From Tubulanus polymorphus (taxonomy: Eukaryota > Animalia > Nemertea), in NCBI RefSeq assembly GCF_964204645.1, contig NC_134031.1, forward strand, positions 806,001 through 870,000: a stretch of DNA of 64,000 nt, read 5' to 3'. Shown in pieces: positions 14,423 to 27,234 of this stretch. A program made the position numbers and the translations under genes. Within the stretch, counting starts at the first letter, position 1. Every line of letters starts with the position of its first letter. The notes under the pieces were generated by a model that saw only the letters and a list, made by a program, of their open reading frames with translations, did not search any database and was not told where the DNA came from.

Positions 14423-15427
14423 CCGACGTAAATTCACTGTTGTGAAATTTCTCTCGACATTCAGTCAGATGATTACTGTTTTTCTACACGGTAGCGTCAG
14501 ACGAGATAAAGTCAAGGATTTAATAGGTATACAGCCGTTTTTACAGCCTGAATCTCCTCTACTATAAAACCGCGTATCTCGTCAAAAGATCATCTACATT
14601 TTACCCGGTGGCGTTCCAGCAATGAATGCAGCGCGTCGTTACTGATAGTAACTGATAGTTTCTGTACGTAAATGAAGAATTAAAGTTTGATAAATGACAC
14701 ATAAATATAGCGTGTCTTCCGTCGTCTCGTTACCTCTCACAGAACGACTCAACCTGAGACCCGCAGAAACTGCTGCTTATAGCGTGACAGTGAATTGTTC
14801 TGAATTAATTTCGAATCCAGCTGATTTACGCATTAAATCTCTCGAGTTCAAACGACTAAGATAGAATATTTATTCATAAGGGTTGGATTAATCGGGGGAT
14901 TCCGAATTGAAAAACGTGAGTTTCGCCCGGTGCCAGTGACTGTCACATGATAAGATGTTTCTCGCTGTTTCTGAGAAGACACTAATTTCTATTAAAACGC
15001 GATTTATCACTGCAGTAATTTCTAAGTGGAAATAATCGAAAGTCAAAATTCGTAGATTTATTACATTACTGCATTGGAGAAAATTCTTCAAGAGAAAATA
15101 ATTGAAGAATCTAATAGACAACCCATATACAAATACCGTCGACAATTAGATAGACCATAAATTTAGTTGTTGAACGATGCGCGGATTAATGTCTGTGTAT
15201 TTTAACTATATTTGCTTTTATACTTCGTGGCGGAAGAAAAGAAATCATCGAAACTTGTTTCATTTCGAAAAAATACCGAAGAAATACAAGGGCCAGCTTA
15301 GGCTAAGCTTAGGTCGTAAAATTGTCTTTAAATGTGCCAGTTGGTCCTGTGGGTACCCTCAGAATCCCTAGTAGGTATATTATACGTATCAAAAAATGTA
15401 TACTCAGGAAAATGAAAAACAGATTCC

Positions 15428-15500
15428 TGCCGAAACCCGGGATCGAACCAGGGACCTTTAGATCTTCAGTCTAACGCTCTCCCAACTGAGCTATTTCGGC
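15428..15500 (-). tRNA. tRNA-Phe (GAA)
   Basis: Reverse complement is GCCGAAATAGCTCAGTTGGGAGAGCGTTAGACTGAAGATCTAAAGGTCCCTGGTTCGATCCCGGGTTTCGGCA, the canonical 73-nt metazoan tRNA-Phe. Confidence 0.97.
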
Positions 15501-15603
15501 TGGTGATTTATCGCCGGATTAGTTTCGAGTCGACGAACCCTGCTGGAAGTAGAAATTGAAACATTTATCTAACGAATTCATTTGGTTTCTTATCTATTTA
15601 CAG

Positions 15604-15639
15604 ATCAACCTTTTGTTCCAAAGACGCCTCCAACTGAAG
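15604..15639 (+). CDS. AGRN: Agrin linker exon (36 nt): (D)QPFVPKTPPTE, preceding FS1
   Basis: Acceptor tttcttatctatttacag|AT and donor GAAG|gtaaga. Phase 1-1, joins in frame to the FS1 exon. Pro/Thr-rich like the linker between NtA and FS1 in vertebrate agrin. Confidence 0.8.
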
Positions 15640-16377
15640 GTAAGAGTTTAATTTCAATCCTAATTTACGTTATAACAATAACATCATTTGAAATCCAATG
15701 ATTAAGAATGAAAAAATAGTCCGACATTTCTATTCTTTTAGTCCTATCTTAATTGATGTACATATCCTAATAATCATCTTCATGATATTCCTTATGATGA
15801 CCATTAGAAACATTCAATAAACAACTGCGTAGCTTAAGGAGACAATGTGCGATTTTATATCATTTCTACAACACGGATTTTAGATAGTTTCATCATTGAT
15901 TATAACCACAATAAGATATACGTGTATCGTATCGGTTTGGTAAATAGATATATCTCTGCTATGAGAGTTGAACGGGTCAGTGAGGCGTGATCGACCACGT
16001 GTTGTTAGTGAAAGGTTACTGTAACTTCTACAGAAGCTGAATGAAATTACCAATCATCCGTATCCCACGTTTCGCGATACTGACTTTTACTCCCTTGGCA
16101 ACGAGCAGCAAGCTCCGGTGAAAATAGATACAGATAGAACTATTCAACAATAAGATGAGGTCGGTCGGCCGACAGTATTCGGCTCCTAGCGACAAACAGT
16201 GACTAATACCCTTCCCTCCTTCCTCCTACAGTAGCGTGGTTGAAACATCACAGTTAACAAGAAATGCTACTTGACTTGTGAAAAAATGAGCTTTTTCCTG
16301 CGAATGAAAAATGAGACGAAATCCATACAAGATGGTGCCGTTTCAGTCTAACAGCATAACGTGAATTCTTTAGTCAG

Positions 16378-18083
16378 CAGCAATCTGAACAGATCGGGTC
16401 TAAAGAGTAATCTGAACACATCGGGTCTAAAGAGTAATCTGAACACATCGGGTCTAAAGAGCAATCTGAACAGATCGGATCTAAAGAGCAATCTGAACAG
16501 ATCGGGTCTAAAGAGCAATCTGAACAGATCGGATCTAAAGAGCAATCTGAACAGATCGGGTCTAAAGGGCAATCTGAACACATCGGGTCTAAAGAGCAAT
16601 CTGAACACATCGGGTCTAAAGAGCAATCTGAACAGATCGGATCTAAAGAGCAATCTGAACAGATCGGATCTAAAGAGCAATCTGAACAGATCGGATCTAA
16701 AGAGCAATCTGAACAGATCGGATCTAAAGAGCAATCTGAACAGATCGGATCTAAAGAGCAATCTGAACACATCGGGTCTAAAGAGCAATCTGAACAGATC
16801 GGGTCTAAAGAGCAATCTGAACAGATCGGATCTAAAGAGCAATCTGAACACATCGGGTCTAAAGAGCAATCTGAACAGATCGGGTCTAAAGAGCAATCTG
16901 AACACATCGGGTCTAAAGAGTAATCTGAACACATCGGGTCTAAAGAGCAATCTGAACAGATCGGATCTAAAGAGCAATCTGAACAGATCGGATCTAAAGA
17001 GCAATCTGAACACATCGGGTCTAAAGAGCAATCTGAACAGATCGGATCTAAAGAGCAATCTGAACAGATCGGGTCTAAAGAGCAATCTGAACACATCGGG
17101 TCTAAAGAGCAATCTGAACAGATCGGATCTAAAGAGCAATCTGAACACATCGGATCTAAAGAGCAATCTGAACAGATCGGGTCTAAAGAGTAATCTGAAC
17201 AGATCGGGTCTAAAGAGTAATCTGAACACATCGGGTCTAAAGAGCAATCTGAACACATCGGGTCTAAAGAGCAATCTGAACAGATCGGATCTAAAGAGCA
17301 ATCTGAACAGATCGGGTCTAAAGAGTAATCTGAACAGATCGGGTCTAAAGAGTAATCTGAACACATCGGGTCTAAAGAGCAATCTGAACAGATCGGATCT
17401 AAAGAGCAATCTGAACACATCGGATCTAAAGAGCAATCTGAACAGATCGGGTCTAAAGAGTAATCTGAACAGATCGGGTCTAAAGAGTAATCTGAACACA
17501 TCGGGTCTAAAGAGCAATCTGAACACATCGGGTCTAAAGAGCAATCTGAACAGATCGGGTCTAAAGAGCAATCTGAACACATCGGGTCTAAAGAGTAATC
17601 TGAACAGATCGGGTCTAAAGAGCAATCTGAACACATCGGGTCTAAAGAGCAATCTGAACAGATCGGATCTAAAGAGCAATCTGAACACATCGGATCTAAA
17701 GAGCAATCTGAACAGATCGGGTCTAAAGAGTAATCTGAACAGATCGGGTCTAAAGAGTAATCTGAACACATCGGGTCTAAAGAGCAATCTGAACACATCG
17801 GGTCTAAAGAGCAATCTGAACAGATCGGATCTAAAGAGCAATCTGAACAGATCGGGTCTAAAGAGTAATCTGAACAGATCGGGTCTAAAGAGTAATCTGA
17901 ACACATCGGGTCTAAAGAGCAATCTGAACAGATCGGATCTAAAGAGCAATCTGAACACATCGGATCTAAAGAGCAATCTGAACAGATCGGGTCTAAAGAG
18001 TAATCTGAACAGATCGGGTCTAAAGAGTAATCTGAACACATCGGGTCTAAAGAGCAATCTGAACACATCGGGTCTAAAGAGTA
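16378..18083. repeat. 27-bp minisatellite (yaatctgaacasatcggrtctaaagag), about 63 copies, with higher-order structure
   Basis: 9-codon periodicity in the ORF track. Three biallelic positions. Confidence 0.97.
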
Positions 18084-20453
18084 AGTCTCTTACCCCCGAA
18101 CTCCCACTCCGCACAGGCCTGAGACTCTTAGGAAAAATGGGCAAGACGATAATCTAGAAAAGAAGATGTTTGTGCGGAATACAAATGAATCTGAGAACCG
18201 CAGTGAAGATTCAGGACTCTGTTTAGATGGCGTTTTGACGCAAAATCCGAATTGACTTGATTTATTCTGAAAGTTTCGGAGATTTTGACTAAACTTTATC
18301 ATCAGAGAATCGAAAGTTACACCAAGGGTCTAGTAATTCTAGTGGTATTTTGATTCATGGGCCAATTCATCGCTGTCTTAAGCAGTAACCAAGAAGGTTC
18401 AGTTTCTAATTTTTAGAATTAGTTTATGATTGCTTCATATTTCCGATGAGGACAGCAATTCAAACTAGCTTAACTGTTATCCGCTGAGCTTAAACTTAAA
18501 TATCTCAATTAGGACCTGGTGGGATGTGTTTATTATCAATGCGACTCATGAAAGCGAAATGATCGCAATTCAATCAGTTTGAATACACGCCGTCGTGTCA
18601 CGTGACACGTGCGCGTTGATTAATGAGATGTACTACACAATTCGCTACATCTACTGCATAACAATCTGTTGTGATCTTTACGAGTGAGATCTTTACGAGA
18701 TACGACTAAAGATTGAAGTCACACGTAAAACAGACACATGATATGCGCTGGATGGATGATCAGTGAATCAATGAAATTACACAAACCTTAGAATCAGATT
18801 CTATAAATAAGAAGTGAAGCATCCCCTTGAGTAGCGCTTGAATTTCCATCTCCTCAGGCTTTGGAAAATTATGGCCCCGTCGAGTTAGAGTGTATCGATG
18901 ATCGTTTCTATAATCGTTCATCTTTATTCGGAAAGCAAAAATGCGTATACAAATATTTAAATGTCCTCGCAAATCGCCTAAGGTGGCAATGTATGCAAGT
19001 GTGTCGATAATGTCTGGTGTAAGTGTAAAATAGTCAGATGCGATTGTGAAGAGATGCGAAATTCGCTCCGTTTAACATCGAAATGACAGATACAGATATA
19101 GATATAATATAGCTATAAATACGTCTCGGAGTCTGTCACCTGACCGGAATATCTCATACTGATTCCGCTATTGTAAGATGTCGCTACAAATACTGCCCCC
19201 CCCCCATAATTAACTCTTATCTAAATACTGATACGAACATATCTGCCAAAAATTCCTTGTCTATGTATCTGCTGTCTTATCTGTATTTCAGCGATTGTCT
19301 CAGTTCCTGTTCTTAACCTTCCGCGGTAACATCCATATTTTTGAGAATACTGTTTATATCATTAATGCTTCATTGTCGTTTTGTCTGAGATGAGTATTAA
19401 TTAAAACCTCGAAACGTAAGATAATAAATGTATAATCAACGATGGGTTTCGCTTGTTCAACTTGTAAGATATTGTTTTCTTTTCTAAATATATCGTGTTT
19501 GAGTGAAATAATGCGAGTCAGTGTCCTCTCCTGACGATCGTTGTATAAACGATTATCGCCATCAATAAATCGTAACGTTGAAATATTGCGACGAAACAGG
19601 TGAAAAATGGAATTTTGAAAAAGGTGACTGTGACGGGAAACGGAAATTACGAGGTGAACTTTTGAGTATTGCGCTAAGACGATTCAGAATTTCTTAAAAT
19701 ACGCTTGGTTCTACATTTCTGAGTAAAGTTTGACTCATCTGGTGTCAAATGAAATCATTTCCACCAACAAAAGGACAGGACACAGTTCTATAGGATTCAG
19801 GACTCTCTACAGGATCCGGCATCTCAGGACCCAATTTATAGGACCTGATTCCACAGTTCTGTCGTTTGAATCTACAGTTAGAATGTTAGTTTATTCTCGA
19901 TATTTTGATGTAGGGTAAGATTGAACTCGAGTGTGAAGAGAGATATTTTATCCGATGATTTACGGCGATCGTATCTGGGATGAATCAGCGAACCGAATGA
20001 TCGCGCTCATTTACAACAACTCATTCCTTATTTTACAGCAAACTGTTTAAGGAAAAGGTGATTGACTATAAATAATTGTCGCGCGCGCGCGCGTTATCAA
20101 CGGTGTGAAGTCGTTCAATTGGAATTTATCAATGTTTAATGGCAACTGGAGACAATTTGAGCAGAATCGGAAATGATTTGAAATAAGAACGGAAACATTG
20201 CCTCGGGGAAATAAACCGACGACAGATTTCTTTCTGGGAAACGATTGATTTGCTGGACTCCGCGCGCGACACGAATTATAATTTAAACACAGTCGTATCG
20301 TCGTCATCGTGTTGTTACTCTGTGATTCCGTAATAAACTGCAAATTACAAACTATCGCCAGAGATTCCGGCGAGTATCGGCAGCGATACCCGCGATCAGA
20401 GAAAACTATACTAACATAGGCTTAATGGGTCTAACGTTACAAACGGACAGCAG

Positions 20454-20562
20454 GACCCGGTTTTATAGACTGGTATTAACTTTAACCCGGGGGCTAACTC
20501 AATTCATTTTCAATTGAGTTAACCCTCAGGTTAAAGGCAATACCAGTCTATAAAACCGGGCC
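20454..20562. mobile_element. PIF/Harbinger-like MITE, almost fully palindromic
   Basis: g(a/g)cccggttttatagactggtatt...aataccagtctataaaaccgggcc, flanked by a CAG 3-bp direct repeat. Confidence 0.75.
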
Positions 20563-21228
20563 CAGAAGTATAAAATATGCTGTAATCATTTTTCTAATGA
20601 TCGTTGAGTTTGATTTTATTATTTCCCATTCCGTGGTACACAGTCTGTGAACGGGGGATTCTGGGGAACAGGGGATCCTAGGAATAGTTCACGTGGGGAA
20701 TCCTGGACAGGCATCACGTAGTGTATACAAATATCTAATTTTGAGGCTTCTCAGATCGTTGTACTGCTATAAATGTATGTTCGGTATTCCGTGTTTTCAA
20801 TCGTTTCACTACTTGGATCAATTATAGGAATCTGATAAGCTATGAAGCGAACTGACTCGAGCTGTGTGAAGTGTGTTAGATACGATGTTGATAGATCATT
20901 AGATAATTACTGAATAAATAGTCAGTTCTAGGTGTAACACTAACCTTTACCAACTGAATCATTAAATTCTCACCCGCCTGAAACAGCTTCAGTGGCTGGT
21001 CTCATGTCCGGATGGCGCCCTATGACGCGTCAACGAAAGCCTTGGACAAAATGGGAAACTTGGCTGAAATGGTTAACATTGGGCAAAATGGTTTACATAG
21101 GGCAAAATAGTTAACATTGGGCAAAATGGTTTATATTGGGCAAAATGGCTTATATTTTGCCAAAGTATTGTGATTTTATTGTAAAGTGTCTGGTTCTTAT
21201 ATTCATTTCTTTCAATCTCTCATTTCAG

Positions 21229-21453
21229 AACCATGTGAACGCCATTATTGCGCTTATGGCGCCACCTGTGTGAATAATTACGAACTGAATAAGGCTGAAT
21301 GTAAATGCGTGGAATCGTGCGGTCGAACGTTCGCTCCTGTTTGTGGATCTGATGACGTCAGCTATAGTTCGCAATGTCACCTGAAACTAGCGAGCTGTGC
21401 GCAACAAAAACGTATTAGGCCTAAGTTCAGGGGGCGCTGCACGTCTCGTTTAG
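21229..21453 (+). CDS. AGRN: Agrin exon, follistatin/Kazal domain FS1 (EPCERHYCAYGATC...VCGSDDVSYSSQCHLKLASCAQQKRIRPKFRGRCTSRL)
   Basis: 10-Cys follistatin pattern with VCGSD..Y...C. Acceptor ctcatttcag, donor TTAG|gtatgt. 225 nt, phase 1-1. Confidence 0.95.
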
Positions 21454-21509
21454 GTATGTTTAGAGAAATCCCAGGTATACGTAAAACTGGGATACCCTAA
21501 TGGATTCCA

Positions 21510-21745
21510 AAATATCAGAACATCCCTAACTAACCCCACAATGTCGGAACATCCCTTACTAACCCCACAATATCGGAACAACCCTAACTAACCCCACAAT
21601 GTCGGAACATCCCTTACTAACCCCACAATATCGGAACATCCTTAACTAACCCCACAATGTCGGAACATCCCTAACTAACCCCACAATGTCGGAACATCCC
21701 TTACTAACCCCACAATATTGGGACATCCTTAACTAACCCCGCAAA
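21510..21745. repeat. 29-bp tandem repeat (atrtcggaacatccctwactaaccccaca), about 8 copies
   Basis: Unit starts at 21541, 21570, 21599 and onward. Confidence 0.9.
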
Positions 21746-23224
21746 TTCAGAATATTTTAGCTGATTGTGCAATACACCCGCGGCTGATGGGAAACAATAG
21801 TGTTTGTGTGAGGAAGTTGTGAGAGGAATTTTACGTTTGTTACACAACAGATCTTACACACGCACACAGCATACACACAGACAGGGCTGGATGATGTACC
21901 GAGGAGAGCAACAACAAAAACAACTTTATCTTACATCATCGGTGTAAAGGTTATTCCTGTACGGTACCAGCAGCAGCACTGGTGGGTCGTGCCGGGACCC
22001 CCAACCAGAACACCGGGCACCGATTGTTTCCGACCAATTTGTAGGGAACCCTGCTGCTGCTGCTGAAATTTTACGAAAAAAATTCAAGTACTTGTTGAAC
22101 AACAGTGCAAGATCAACTGATAGATAGTTTTACTCTGGCCCGTGTGAACGATCGTTATTCAGTTATCGGATTTGTGTCACAACTATTGAAGTCCGGTTTC
22201 TATTTTTTGTCTCAATTTCTATACGAGTTGTAAGTCGTCAACAGAATTATCGTTCCAACTGAAAGACAATTTGGCTGTAGGCCTAATCAGACGGGCAGTG
22301 GCATTTCTAAATTCCGTTTCATTATCTCTCGAACCGCTCTACCCCTCGTGGCCTAAAACTTGCTTATGATTAAAAGGCACTTACAAAAACCATGATCAAC
22401 GTCGATTTATGACAGGGAATCAACTAGAGATGCGCGGCCTCCATTGATTCACTGAGGACATTAGTAAATTGATCATTAACCGGCGTCGATTGGTTACATC
22501 GCTTTACTGATCACGCGCTCGTCGTCGGAAAACTCTGTTGCCATCTATCGCATAAAATCGACACTATTTTCCACCGATATTCAGATTGGTAAAAACATCA
22601 GAAGAAATACATACACGAAATGATTTCATTAAATTTCGACAGTTGCCCCGAGAACAAATGCGGCCTTTAATTCACCCGAATCAGGGCTGGGTGGATTTAA
22701 TGCCGATATGAAAAGACCTTTCGAACGAAACCACGAGCAATTCGTGATCTGACATTAACCGGAATAAATAAATCAAAGAACTTTGAATAAAACGATAGGT
22801 TTTTTTCTATCGCTCGAGGCTTCCTTCGAATAGAACACGAGGAGGATCATCGATCGAATTTAATTAACAAATGAAGAGATGATATTCATATTGTTAATGA
22901 TTAATGAATGTACAGTTAACACCCTTCCTTTCAGGGATACTAGTATCATCCTACACGGTAGATTAAGTTATCGATTACTGAAAGGCCTCGGTATTCACGA
23001 GAGGTGAAAAGGTCGCTTTATTTTTCTCAGTGGTCACGGAATAAGCCAGATCTGTTGTGATCTGATAAGCATCGAGTATCACTTCAAAAGACGAACGAAA
23101 TGTTCAGATGTATTTATACAAACGATTCTGACCTGAAGGTTTGTTCCGGCGTTTTCTAAGAAAACTGTACCGAAACGGTATCTAGGATTTCGGTAGAATG
23201 ATGATCTCTATCTTACAATTAATG

Positions 23225-23470
23225 GTCAAAAATCTCGGTGTTTTGATGAAAACCTTTCTTTCACAAGTCACATGAACAATATTTGTCGCATACTGCATAG
23301 GTAAACTTCACCATCTTCTCGATGATGTTTCGTGCAAGGTAGCTATCTCTTCACTGGTCGTTTCAAGACTTAACTATTCCAATTCTCTTCGGATTGGTTT
23401 ATCTATATAGCGCTATATAAATAAATGAATTATCATTATCATTATCATCATTATCATAATTACTATTATC
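23225..23470 (+). mobile_element. L2/CR1-clade LINE 3' fragment
   Basis: Broken translation KNLGV..DENLSFTSHMNNICR...LDDVSCKVAISSLVVSRLNYSNSL resembles the post-RT NLGV and SRLDYCNSL motifs. Followed by AATAAA and an (ATT/ATC)n tail. Confidence 0.65.
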
Positions 23471-23491
23471 AGATGATAGAATAAAAACCCA

Positions 23492-23743
<252 letters not shown>

Positions 23744-24347
23744 GTCGAGATCGTTGTCAGGTGTTAGCTAGGATGGCTCCGGGTAGATTAATATTAACGA
23801 TACGATCAGTATTCACAGGGTAAGTATATGTAATATAATTCGTTGGTGTAAATGGTATTTTCATTCTCGGGAGGCCAAAAACCAGCTCTGACTTGATCCA
23901 ATAAAAACCACGCCGACCCGAAACTGCCTGGTATTACTGGCCTCAAACACGCGATTATCCCGTTCTGAAACCCATTTCAGGTACAGATCCCGTAATGTAT
24001 ATATACTGATGGCTTGACTCATGTGAGTTACTGGATGAAAAAACTCCTAACGCTCCCGCGATCGTTGAATCGATGAGACGTAGGCCGAGATTCTATATTG
24101 TTCAAATAAAAAGATTATTAGAATAATAAAAAAGGAATGTAAGAATTTGCTTTTTCCGAGACTGGGAAACCATCAGAGTATGAAAATAATCACCACCCGT
24201 CCACCCGTCCACCCATCCACCCGTCCACCCATCCACCCGTCCACCCATCCACCTGTCCGCCGCCCGCCAGTAAGGTGTGAAGTCATTCTTCATTCATGTG
24301 GGACCCTGTCGCAGTCCTTGGAGCCCCATGGGTCCGCCGTCCCATGT

Positions 24348-24577
24348 CAGGGGCCGATCCAGGATTTTGTAGAAGATTTTGCCCTAAAATAGGGCACATT
24401 GGACAATAGGGCAAAATAGGGTCCAGTAACATAAACGTCTTATTTTCACTTAGTTTTTGTTTGCGCATAAATATCTCTAAAAAGATATATTAAATTTTTA
24501 TTTCAAGACTTTTTGCAAGAAGGGCACTCTATTTTTGAGGGCCGGGCTACGGACACCCTCCCCTGGATCCGCTCTTG
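24348..24577. mobile_element. MITE with CAGGGG(C/G)CGGATCCAGG-type termini; relative at 61157-61325
   Basis: caggggccgatccagg...cctggatccgctcttg here, and caggggcggaccca...tgaaccgcccctg at 61157. Confidence 0.55.
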
Positions 24578-26834
24578 TATGGGGTCGTATGGGGAACCGC
24601 GAGCTGCAGACCGTTGAGTCCCACGGGCTCGCCCGGGTCCCATGGGCTGATATGAATCGTGTTATGGAATGAATCTTGACGGTTTTATACACGAGAATGT
24701 GTCGGTTAATGAAGCTATTATAAATCGTGATGTTTATCCCTCTAGGGTAATCATTGTTATTGTGCTACTGCCGCAAATATATTATTTACAGCCCGAACGA
24801 GTGTATTGAGATCGGGCTCAGATGGATGGATGATCGGTAAATTAATATACAACTCGTACCACAACGCAATAACCGGCACTGGCAGGCGAGGGAAAAATAA
24901 AACAGTTCCAGATCACCAAACACAACGCGCTGTATATATCAGAGAAGAGTAATACCACACCTTCATATCAGCCTCATTTCATCTAAAGTGTTAACTTTTT
25001 GTGACGTTGATTAGCTAAGAGCTTTTTCTCGGAAAATACGCGCGTTTTTTCTATAAAGTATTAGTGACAGGGCGGTGTTTTATCTAAGGTTGAGAAACTA
25101 ATGTCGCGCATTGACGAGGAAATAACCACGCAACGTCACAGGCGTTAATGGTTTCTATGTTGTGGTCGTGTTCGTTGTTTAATCTCTATCGATCCTATAT
25201 TTCTGTGTGTTACGCGCACAAACATTCAAAAACTAAACCTAACCATAAATCATTAATGGAAGTTACTGGCGCCCTATTGTTTGTATCGGTAGAGCTCTGT
25301 GTTTCGCTATCTCGACTCCTGCGACGCCTGCGATTTAACGCTCTGATCGCTCGCACTCTCTATAGTTTCACCGTTACCAGCCGCGGATGCCGTTACGTTA
25401 CGCCGTATTCCGACGTTACGTTTACGTACACGCTACCGCTTTACGTAATTAACGTTTTCTCGATCGGGTTTTATTCCGCGGTAAAATCATACGCTTGATT
25501 AAATCTGCAAAAACAAACTGGGAATAAAAAAAGCGCCCGTGAACGCGGCGGCTGCGAGTCGTCGTATAGCGGAGCAACGCATCGAGCCGCAACTCTGCGT
25601 AATATCACCATCACATGACTAACCATAGAACAACCATTACTGAGAACCGACACGCCAAACGACGAACATCATTCTTCTGTTTTCAGTTTTAAGGATACAT
25701 CGTTCTAACCCTTCCTGACGCGTTACGGGGAGAGAGTGCATTTCAATCGAAAATTGCCACCAGACATCAATATTAAGGGACCTCGCCGAGAAGAATAACG
25801 GAGGATATATTTAACATTCAGGTCGATATGGAATCGGTTTTTGCTGTGGTAATAATGTCGATCGTATTATGACGAGTAATTGATAGTTTTTTTTTTGGTT
25901 TGTGTTTGTGTAATTGAGGATTTCGATTTATCTGCTCTGTGACCGGGAAATCACGAATTAGGACATTACATCATCATCATCATTATTGTGGTTTATTGGA
26001 AGGAACACCTGAAAGAGTCGCTCAGTAAAGGGGACATCACGGCGACTTTAACTACCGCTGGAAATCATCTTAGTGAATCTTAGTGATTTTCTAATGGATT
26101 TCGTCCCAAATCGTGTAGTGATTCAATAACTCATATGGAACCAGTTGGATATCATATATATATCTGTGTAGTTTATAGAATAAATGCATCTACACTCGGC
26201 TTAAAACGGGATAAATGAACATGCGCGACTCAAGAGCGAACTGCTCATTTGAAATATGATTTTTCAAATCTGATTTTTCTCGTAGCCGGAGATGAAGATA
26301 TGTTGTTATAAATATCAACGGAAGCCGGAATTCAATCAGTGTTAAGGGAATACTGGAGTTACGCACGCAGCAGCCACTAGACGCCTGGCGACCAGTTGAA
26401 ATTTGATTGAGAACTAACGCATTAATTTTTAATTGCTCTCCCCTCCCCATCCCTCCCCCACCACTCTCTCTCTCTCTCGATCTGTCTCGCGATATCTTTG
26501 AGTCAGTCTATTTACTAATGACTCTGATAGACACAGCGATTCGAGGCAGTCTTAAACCACGTCGCGTCGCATTCATCAGATTACTAGCGATTTTATTCGG
26601 CTGAGCATTTCGTTTTTAAATACGAGCGCGAGTTTTTTCTGCTCTCGTCTCGTTTTCTGCGGTGTCTTCCACATTCTGACGACAGCGACTGAGACGACGG
26701 CTAGTAGACGTATATATATATATACATACCGACCGGGCGGCGCGAGTATCTGAGAAATAGATCGGGTGACGATGAACGTGTGTTTAAAAACGATATAAAA
26801 CTGATCTGTGTTCAGATCTTAGTGAACTGATAAC

Positions 26835-26997
26835 ATGTTATATCAGTATAGGATTAGTTACCGGACTACGCAGCACCCGGCTGTAGCCTATCCCGTTGTC
26901 ACCGGCAAATCAAAATGTCGACACATTGTTGCCGCTGTTGTTATGATTATGTTAACGTTACTAAGACCGTGTTACGGTTGTTATATTTATCTCCCAG
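26835..26997 (+). CDS. AGRN: Alternative N-terminus (ATG plus signal peptide or anchor) contiguous with the FS2 exon
   Basis: aacATG with an in-frame TGA 12 nt upstream. Basic KSKCRH, hydrophobic IVAAVVMIMLTLL, then RPCYG/CY. Reads without an intron into FS2. Confidence 0.7.
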
Positions 26998-27234
26998 GTA
27001 AAGTGGATCCGTGTTTGAAGATGAATTGCACGAACGGAGCTCGGTGCGTACCGTCGCTGGTCGGTTCCACTGCGAGATGCGAGTGTCCCACCAAGTGTTA
27101 TTCTTTCGGTAGCAGTTTAGAAGATCGCGAAATCTGCGCTTCCGACGGCAAGGAATATCAAAACAAATGCGAAATGGATCGAGCTTCGTGTCTGGCTATG
27201 AAACCAATATCGATGAAATTCTACGGAAAATGCG
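26998..27234 (+). CDS. AGRN: Agrin exon, FS2 (GKVDPCLKMNCTNGARCVPS...ICASDGKEYQNKCEMDRASC...FYGKC)
   Basis: Follistatin Cys pattern. Internal phase-1 acceptor ttatatttatctcccag|GT matches the FS1 donor phase. Donor TGCG|gtaagt. Confidence 0.93.

Noticed and set aside
16378-18083. CRISPR-like array
   Set aside because: Head-to-tail units without unique spacers, eukaryotic context and no cas genes. The same applies to the 20-, 36-, 69- and 71-bp arrays.
16348-18157. 598/598/564-aa ORFs on both strands
   Set aside because: Translations of a 27-bp satellite with no stop in several frames. No splice or start context, and they lie in an agrin intron.
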